In this document: positions 1 through 6,651 of the stretch, piece after piece
Layout: the number at the start of each line of letters is the position of its first letter
Numbering within the stretch: the first letter of the stretch is position 1
Source of the DNA: Alkaliphilus metalliredigens QYMF
GTDB taxonomy: Bacteria; Bacillota; Clostridia; Peptostreptococcales; Natronincolaceae
Direction of reading: 5' to 3'
Length of the DNA: 64,000 nucleotides
NCBI RefSeq assembly: GCF_000016985.1
Contig: NC_009633.1
Coordinates: forward strand, 2,211,539 to 2,275,538
The notes under the pieces: generated by a model
Databases searched by the model: none
Told to the model about the DNA's origin: nothing
What the model saw: only the letters and a program-made list of their open reading frames with translations
Position numbers and translations under genes: made by a program

Positions 1-42
1 TGTTAAGGGGGATTTTTTGTTGTTCAAAACTAATTTAGGAGG

Positions 43-394
43 ATGATGAAAATGAAAGATGTAAAGGTAATCACGCTACAAGAGGCCATTAAGGGAATGA
101 ATGAAGAGGAATTGGAGCGATTTAAGAAAGAGCGTTATGAGAAGTTTATTAAACCTTTGATGGGATTGAATATGAAAACCACTGATGAAGTGGAAAAAAT
201 ATCTCAAGGAGAAGCCTCGACAAAATGTGATCAATGATTTTAAGAAAGCAGTAATAACTGCAGTCAATAAGAATAGAGATCGTGACAGCACTGGAGCAAT
301 CACTGGCAATATATTAGGAGCTTATTTACGAATAACCGAAATTACACAAGAATGGATTGAAAAAGTAGAGATGAAAGATGAAAACAATCAGTAA
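43..394 (+). pseudogene. ADP-ribosylglycohydrolase family remnant (two short ORFs in different frames; C-terminal part resembles the DraG/ARH family)
   Basis: ORF 185..394 contains 'DRDSTGAITGNILGAY', which resembles the conserved C-terminal metal-binding segment of ADP-ribosylglycohydrolases. The upstream ORF 43..237 is in another frame. Total length is far short of the ~300-aa family size. Confidence 0.3.
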
Positions 395-648
395 CAGCTA
401 GAAATTGTTATACACATGAGCCATTAACGGGAACTTTAAGAGCATGGATGGTGAGAAATGTTTAATGTCAGAGTAGGTAAATTATGACTTTCAGAAATAA
501 GAAGCCTTTTTATTTGAAATTTTTGAATCTGACAAAGGGTATGAAAAAAAACTAGAGAATATAGATAATAAGCATAATTATTATGGAAAGGTGAGAAGTT
601 TCCTGACCCAGGCGAAAGAGTATATTAATTTAAAGTAGGTGATTCTCG

Positions 649-1521
649 ATGAATGATTTTCAATTAAAGGAAGCTGTTAGAAACTTGAGTATATGGAGGA
701 GAAGAGATGAGAGAGCTCCCCATAAACCATTACTCATTTTACTAGCACTTGGACAGCTTTATGCAAAAAAGACACAGCATCTACCTTATGAAGAAATTAG
801 AGAACCGTTGAAGGATTTATTGATAGAATTTGGTCCAACACGGCAATCATACCATCCAGAACACCCATTTGTTAGGCTTACAAATGACGGTATATGGAAT
901 TTAAATGTTCTGGTTAAAAACTCTAATATTAGAGGCAAATGGTTGCTAGATCATAATGTAGTTGGAGGATTTAATGACGAAGTTTATTCACTATTAATGA
1001 GTAATAAAACACTTATCAGAGAAGTGGCAGAAATAATATTGAATGATCACTTCCCTCAAACCATGCACGAAGATATACTGGCAACAGTTGGTTTAGATTT
1101 TGACGAAATCACCAATAGACATAGGGATCCTAAATTTAGAGAGAAGATACTACGTGCTTATGAATATAAGTGTGCTGTATGTGGATTCAACGTTAGACTG
1201 GGGAATAATCTAATTGCAGTAGAAGCGGCACATATCAAATGGCACCAAGCTGGAGGACCAGACAATGAGAATAATGGTATGGCACTATGCGTAATGCATC
1301 ATAAACTCTTTGACCGAGGGGTGTTCACATTAACCAGTTCACGTAAACTTCTGGTTGCTGAAAGGGCACATGGAACAAATGGATTTGAAGAATGGTTAAT
1401 GCGTTATCATGGAAAAGAGATAACTGCCCCTATCCGACCTGAATATAAACCAGAAGATTCATATGTGAACTGGCATGTAAAAGAAGTGTTTAAGGGGTCT
1501 AGCAGGTACCATGCTGGATAA
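649..1521 (+). CDS. HNH endonuclease (HNH_2-like; restriction-endonuclease-like, possibly modification-dependent type IV)
   Basis: The C-terminus has 'CAVCG...AAHIKWH...NGMALCVMHHKLFDRG' (Cys pair plus His-Me finger). The N-terminal ~150 aa is a separate putative recognition domain (PHKPLLILLALGQL). Confidence 0.7.
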   Translation: MNDFQLKEAVRNLSIWRRRDERAPHKPLLILLALGQLYAKKTQHLPYEEIREPLKDLLIEFGPTRQSYHPEHPFVRLTNDGIWNLNVLVKNSNIRGKWLLDHNVVGGFNDEVYSLLMSNKTLIREVAEIILNDHFPQTMHEDILATVGLDFDEITNRHRDPKFREKILRAYEYKCAVCGFNVRLGNNLIAVEAAHIKWHQAGGPDNENNGMALCVMHHKLFDRGVFTLTSSRKLLVAERAHGTNGFEEWLMRYHGKEITAPIRPEYKPEDSYVNWHVKEVFKGSSRYHAG

Positions 1522-1594
1522 TAGATATCTGGTACAGTCTTGCAGCGCACCTAGGAGATAAATAGATACAATAAATTGAAATCAGAGGGCTAGA

Positions 1595-1625
1595 GAAATC
1601 TAGTCCTTTTTACTTGGGTGATTTA
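1595..1625 (+). terminator. Putative intrinsic terminator after the HNH gene
   Basis: Hairpin gggctagag/tctagtcc followed by ttttt. Confidence 0.35.
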
Positions 1626-2174
1626 TGTTCCCTCAAACTAAGGAAGGCAACAGAAGAATGACCTCTGGGGAAAATAAATACGCGAATATATACTGACTCG
1701 CGAAAAGAAGGGAGATTTGCGTAATTATGTATAAAATAATAAACTTTATAATCTAAGAAAATAGTCACAAGTAAAGACGAATGTTGGTATTTGATCGTTA
1801 GTCTAAGAGCATGTTCTGTTCTGTTATCATTATAGTATCGGTATAATCATTGTAAAAACATGTAAAAATTAGAGGATTAAAAGAAATATTGTAGAATTTT
1901 AAAAGATAGAACAAGTAAACATTAGTTTGGTGTTATATTTGCAACTGAAGGAGCGAACAATGGTGAAAATGTATAAGTGACACATTGGATAAAAAGAATA
2001 ATTTAAAGATACTTGAAAAGAATTAGACATATAAAAATGGAGATAAAATTATGAACATACTTGAACACGAATCAAAAATGTAGCAACAGCTGATCTTCTA
2101 AGGGGTTTGGAATTGAAGAATATGGATAACCGATAAGGGGTTTAATATCATCTAATTGTCTGATAGATAAACTT

Positions 2175-2393
2175 ATGAATTTTGTAGCTAACAAAATATC
2201 TAAAGAGTTTGAATTGGATTTTAAAATTATTACTCAAAATAATGATAATATCTTTTGTTTTGGTGACTACAAGGCTGCAGTATCGATCGAAGAACTTATC
2301 TCTTTACAAAATATCTCTTTACAAAAGAAAAGTTGTTATGCTCTCGACAAGCGACTTCTTGAAGATTTAAAGACACTAAATATCCAACTTTAG
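2175..2393 (+). CDS. Hypothetical small protein (72 aa) in an AT-rich intergenic region
   Basis: ORF only. Contains an internal tandem repeat atctctttacaaaa x2. No recognizable motif. Confidence 0.15.
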   Translation: MNFVANKISKEFELDFKIITQNNDNIFCFGDYKAAVSIEELISLQNISLQKKSCYALDKRLLEDLKTLNIQL

Positions 2394-2639
2394 AATTCAT
2401 TTAACATTAGGATATTTAAGTCCCATCGAATATAAAATCCATAACCTTAAAAAACTGTTTAACTAAGTGTTGACAATCCATAATTCAAAGTGATGTTTAT
2501 TGGACTCAAAAAAGTGTATGATAAAGTAAAGGATATCAAGAGTTAAGGATTAAAAATAGTTTGATAAAATTTATTGGTGGACAAATTATATAAATTCACT
2601 GATCTAATGCATAGGTGATTAAATCGTTTGAACTTATTG

Positions 2640-2666
2640 TTGACAATCCAAGTGTACAGATATAAC
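2640..2666 (+). promoter_or_regulatory. Candidate sigma-A promoter for the 912-aa gene (TTGACA -35, TATAAC -10-like)
   Basis: TTGACA at 2640-2645 and tataac at 2661-2666 (15-nt spacer, suboptimal). RBS aaggaggtaaaagggg lies before ATG 2696. The same 12-mer gttgacaatcca also occurs at 2469-2480. Confidence 0.3.
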
Positions 2667-2695
2667 AGGATGGCATAAAGGAGGTAAAAGGGGAT

Positions 2696-5434
2696 ATGCA
2701 CTCTCATAATTATTCAGATTCAATCAGTACTCTAAACTTATCAACAAGATCATATAATACTCTTAGGAGAGAAGGTATACATACCACTAATGATTTACTA
2801 AATTGCTCAAAGGATGATATCATAAATTTTCGAAGTGTTGGTGTGAAGAGTTTAGAAGAGATCGTTAATGCGATTGATAGTTTAAACAAATATAAGTTAG
2901 AGATGTATTCTGAAAACATGTTGAATAAAAAACGTAATCATAAAACCTTTGTAGGCCATGATGGTTTAAAATACATCGATATTGCAATCGAGAACTTAAA
3001 TTTAAGTGTTCGTGCATTTAATTGTTTGAAATCAACGAGTGTTGATTATTATTCTCAATTAATTGATGTATTAGATGAAGAGTTAATTGCTATTCCAAAC
3101 ATGGGCAGAAAGACTCTTTTAGAATTAGAGCACATTAAAAAGACAGTTCAACCTACGAAATACGTCGAGGACAATAAGGGGCCACAAACTGATATAGAGG
3201 ACATAGGGTGTAAAATTTTTGCATCTATAAGTGAAAAAATAAATATTAAGCCTAAAAAGCTCTTTGAAATATTTAAACAAGTATACTCAAATTACATCAT
3301 TGAAAAGGACGTTACTCTTGATATCAAAGATATCCTAAAAGACAAAATATTTATGAAAACTTTATATGAAAATGAATATATGAAGTCAGTTATTAATGAC
3401 TATGTGCTTAACATAATTCGGGAGAACAATTATGGTTGTGATGAAAACTATTTGTTTGATAGAATCCCGTATTGCTTTAAGTTTAGAGAAATAATGAATG
3501 AATCTTTAAATGATTTGCTTATTAGAAATGACATAGATCTACTTTATGATGATAGATTTGTAGCGATTTATAATAGCTTTGTTATTGGAGCTAAGGATTA
3601 TCTAAACGATAAAGAATATGATGTTATTTGGCAAAGAATTCAAGGAAAAACTTTAGTGGATGTAGGAAAGACAAAAGATGTTTCTAAACAAAGGATACGT
3701 CAAATAGAGGAAAAGGCAATTAAAAAGTTGAATAATGCATCTATAAAATTCAAAGAAGATGTTTATTCAGATATTTTTAATAGATATATTATACTTAAAG
3801 AGGATTTTAAGATTGCATTCAATGATGATGAAGCTTATCAATACCTTGTAATTAGATACCATACCACTTCAGAAAAAGACAGGTTATTAAAAAAACCTTT
3901 GGAAAATATTTTACACGATAAAGATATTCCAATGTTTTTCAAGAGAGCTTGTGAAAAAGCAATATATAAAAATTATGTTAAGATAGGAAACGAATACATT
4001 CCATGTTCGCGAAATAGTATAAGTAAGTATGTTCTCAAGAATTTCGGTTCCAATGATCTAAACTTTGTCGAGTATTCTGATATATATTTTTCAATACTTA
4101 AAGACATAGATAAAATTAATGATCCCAAATTAGAAGTAATGGAGCGAGGATATGAAAATAAGTTAGCTGCTAGCAATATAGTACTTTGGAAATATGGGAA
4201 AAAATTTAGGTATTACAATATTGATTCATACGATTTTACAGATTTACTAAGTAGATTAAATATTAATCAGTATAAAAATGTAGAATATTCTACACTTAAA
4301 TTTTTCCGATTATTACCTGAACTTATGAAAGTTTATGATATCCGAGACGAATATGAACTTCACAACCTTTTAAAGAAAATTTGCAGCTCTGATGAATACC
4401 CAACTGTTAATTTTAAGCGTATGCCAAACATTGAATTTGGAAATGCAGATAGAGATAATCAAGTATTGGAATTATTAATAACATTAGCACCTATATCAAA
4501 TAGTGATTTTGCCAAAGAATATGAAAATGAGTATGGAGTTGCAGCTAATACGGTACTAGCTAATTATATGGGCAATTTTGATCAGTATTTTTATAATGGT
4601 GTTTATAAAATTGATTTCCCTGCATTACCTAATATAATTGCACAAAGATTAAAGCAAATATTAATAGAAGATTTTTATATGTTATCAACGATAAGAGAAA
4701 TATATCAAAAAGAATTTCCACAAGCCGACAAAAAACTTTTGAATCCGTTTTCATTAAAAAGCATTGGATTTAAAGTGTATTCAAATTATGCTGTAAGCGA
4801 CATCTATAGTTCAGCATCAGAATACTTTAATATGTTGTTTACGAAAACTGATATTACAGATTTAGTAAGAATTGCATCTAGTGTTAAAGAGATAATATCT
4901 TACACATCACAACTGTATAAGCTAAAGTCAGATTACGAAATAATTGAATTTATGCCAAACAAGATTATTCATTTTAGAAAATTGAAAGAATTTGGCATTA
5001 CTAAAGAAATGTTAAACGAATATCGTAATGATGTTCTTAACTTTGTAGGAGATGGAAAGTATTTCACATTGTTTTCATTAAGAAATGAAGGCTTTACTCA
5101 TGAATTAGATGATCTTGGTTTTGACGATTGGTTCTATACTTCAATTCTGATTGAAGATAAGTCTAATATTTCGTATCAAAGAATTGGTGGTAATAAAGTA
5201 ATGCTTAGTGGAAATTTTAATATACGATTTGAAGAGTTTTTAGAATATATAGTATTTAGTCAGGAATCGTTATCTATTGATATACATGATTTATCTGATA
5301 TCTTCAAGCAACAATACAATGTAAACGTTAATACAAGAAAATTGATTGATATCGTTAGATACAGCTCTCTGTACTATGATGCAATCTCAGAAAAGATTTT
5401 TGCAGACTACGATACTTATTATGAGGTGGTATAA
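2696..5434 (+). CDS. Large DNA-binding protein: two RNA polymerase alpha-subunit C-terminal-domain-like HhH modules plus a sigma-70 region-4-like HTH; C-terminal ~550 aa unknown. First gene of the candidate defence cassette.
   Basis: Residues ~10-60 'LNLSTRSYNTLRREGIHTTNDLL...FRSVGVKSLEEIVNAI' and ~95-145 'LNLSVRAFNCLKSTSVDYYSQLI...IPNMGRKTLLELEHI' follow the alpha-CTD pattern (L.LSVR..N.L..AGI.T..DL......L....N.G.KSL.EI). Residues ~325-350 'VGKTKDVSKQRIRQIEEKAIKKL' follow the sigma region 4.2 pattern (G.S.eRVRQIE.kAlrKL). Strong RBS. A 2-nt gap separates it from the next gene. Confidence 0.75.
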   Translation: MHSHNYSDSISTLNLSTRSYNTLRREGIHTTNDLLNCSKDDIINFRSVGVKSLEEIVNAIDSLNKYKLEMYSENMLNKKRNHKTFVGHDGLKYIDIAIENLNLSVRAFNCLKSTSVDYYSQLIDVLDEELIAIPNMGRKTLLELEHIKKTVQPTKYVEDNKGPQTDIEDIGCKIFASISEKINIKPKKLFEIFKQVYSNYIIEKDVTLDIKDILKDKIFMKTLYENEYMKSVINDYVLNIIRENNYGCDENYLFDRIPYCFKFREIMNESLNDLLIRNDIDLLYDDRFVAIYNSFVIGAKDYLNDKEYDVIWQRIQGKTLVDVGKTKDVSKQRIRQIEEKAIKKLNNASIKFKEDVYSDIFNRYIILKEDFKIAFNDDEAYQYLVIRYHTTSEKDRLLKKPLENILHDKDIPMFFKRACEKAIYKNYVKIGNEYIPCSRNSISKYVLKNFGSNDLNFVEYSDIYFSILKDIDKINDPKLEVMERGYENKLAASNIVLWKYGKKFRYYNIDSYDFTDLLSRLNINQYKNVEYSTLKFFRLLPELMKVYDIRDEYELHNLLKKICSSDEYPTVNFKRMPNIEFGNADRDNQVLELLITLAPISNSDFAKEYENEYGVAANTVLANYMGNFDQYFYNGVYKIDFPALPNIIAQRLKQILIEDFYMLSTIREIYQKEFPQADKKLLNPFSLKSIGFKVYSNYAVSDIYSSASEYFNMLFTKTDITDLVRIASSVKEIISYTSQLYKLKSDYEIIEFMPNKIIHFRKLKEFGITKEMLNEYRNDVLNFVGDGKYFTLFSLRNEGFTHELDDLGFDDWFYTSILIEDKSNISYQRIGGNKVMLSGNFNIRFEEFLEYIVFSQESLSIDIHDLSDIFKQQYNVNVNTRKLIDIVRYSSLYYDAISEKIFADYDTYYEVV

Positions 5435-5436
5435 TT

Positions 5437-6651
5437 ATGAATTTATTAAGAGAAGGATTAGAACAAAAGGTTGTAATACCAAATGAAACAGATAAGAGAC
5501 TTGTTATTGACAACATTTCTAAGAATTATCCTGTTTATAAAATTAAATTAGAAAAATTACATTATAATGATCAGAATGATCGTATTGCAACTTGGATGGC
5601 ACAATATAAGATTGAGAATAATATTGACAAGTTAGATCCATCTGATAGAGCTAATTATAATAATATTATTCATGAATTTATTACAGAGAGTAATAGAGAC
5701 GCTATAAAGAAAACTCAAGCAAATATAAAGATAGTGGGACAACAGGAACCGGGAGTAGTTCTTTCGGACGGTAGAATTATTGATGGAAATAGAAGATTTA
5801 CTTGTTTAAGAAATATTCAAAAAGAAACTGGAAAAACCCAGTATTTTGAAGCTGTAATTATAGATCATAGTATCGAAAATAATGCAAAACAAATCAAAAT
5901 GCTAGAGCTAATGTTGCAACATGGGGTAGATGAAAAAGTAGGATATAACCCAATTGATAGACTTGTAGGAATTTATACTGATATTATAGAAACTAAATTA
6001 CTTTCAGTAAAAGAATATGCTGATAGCGTTAATCTAAGTGAGTCTGACATTCAATTGGAAGTAGATAAAGCTAAGCTTATGGTCGATTTCTTAGAGTTTA
6101 TTAACGCACCTAAACAATTTCACTTAGCTCGCCACTTTAATCTTGCAGACCCATTGAAAGAATTGTATTTAATGTTGAAAAAGGTTAAGGATGATGATAA
6201 AAAAGAAGACTTAAAAAATGCGGTCTTTGCTCAATTCTTGACGCAACCGTTTGGTGATACAACTAGACATGTTAGAAAGATTAAAAAAATTGCTTCAAGC
6301 AGCAAATTTTTAAGCGAATTTTTAGAAGAACAGATGGAGATTGTTGAAAAAGTTTGTGACGAACTTGAAAAATATCCTACAGTATCAAATAAAGAAATAA
6401 ATATAATTAGATCGAATGAAAAGATAAAAAGCGACTTCTTGCATTCTACGGAAAAATATGTAAATAAAGTGGATGGTGACACTATACGAAATCAACCAAT
6501 AAAGCAAGCAGAAAAATCTTTCGATTCTCTCGATTTAATTGATATCAAAATTATTAAGAAATTAAATCAAGAACAAAAAGATGAAATTCGTGAAAAACTA
6601 GATGTGATTGATCAAATCGTACTAGACATTAGGAGAGAATTAGATGTTTAG
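5437..6651 (+). CDS. ParB/Sulfiredoxin-fold (DUF262/DGQHR-like) domain protein; second gene of the candidate defence cassette
   Basis: 'QQEPGVVLSDGRIIDGNRRFTCLRNI' matches the ParB N-terminal / DUF262 arginine-finger motif (DG[QN][HQR]R). Translationally coupled to both flanking genes. Confidence 0.6.
   Translation: MNLLREGLEQKVVIPNETDKRLVIDNISKNYPVYKIKLEKLHYNDQNDRIATWMAQYKIENNIDKLDPSDRANYNNIIHEFITESNRDAIKKTQANIKIVGQQEPGVVLSDGRIIDGNRRFTCLRNIQKETGKTQYFEAVIIDHSIENNAKQIKMLELMLQHGVDEKVGYNPIDRLVGIYTDIIETKLLSVKEYADSVNLSESDIQLEVDKAKLMVDFLEFINAPKQFHLARHFNLADPLKELYLMLKKVKDDDKKEDLKNAVFAQFLTQPFGDTTRHVRKIKKIASSSKFLSEFLEEQMEIVEKVCDELEKYPTVSNKEINIIRSNEKIKSDFLHSTEKYVNKVDGDTIRNQPIKQAEKSFDSLDLIDIKIIKKLNQEQKDEIREKLDVIDQIVLDIRRELDV

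Noticed and set aside
2710-4176. Short minus-strand ORFs (2710-2919, 3973-4176) inside the 912-aa gene, and similar antisense ORFs inside other long genes (e.g. 6231-6482, 17146-17337, 24408-24614, 25761-26024)
   Set aside because: Fully embedded antisense to well-supported long CDSs. Low-complexity translations. No start-context support.
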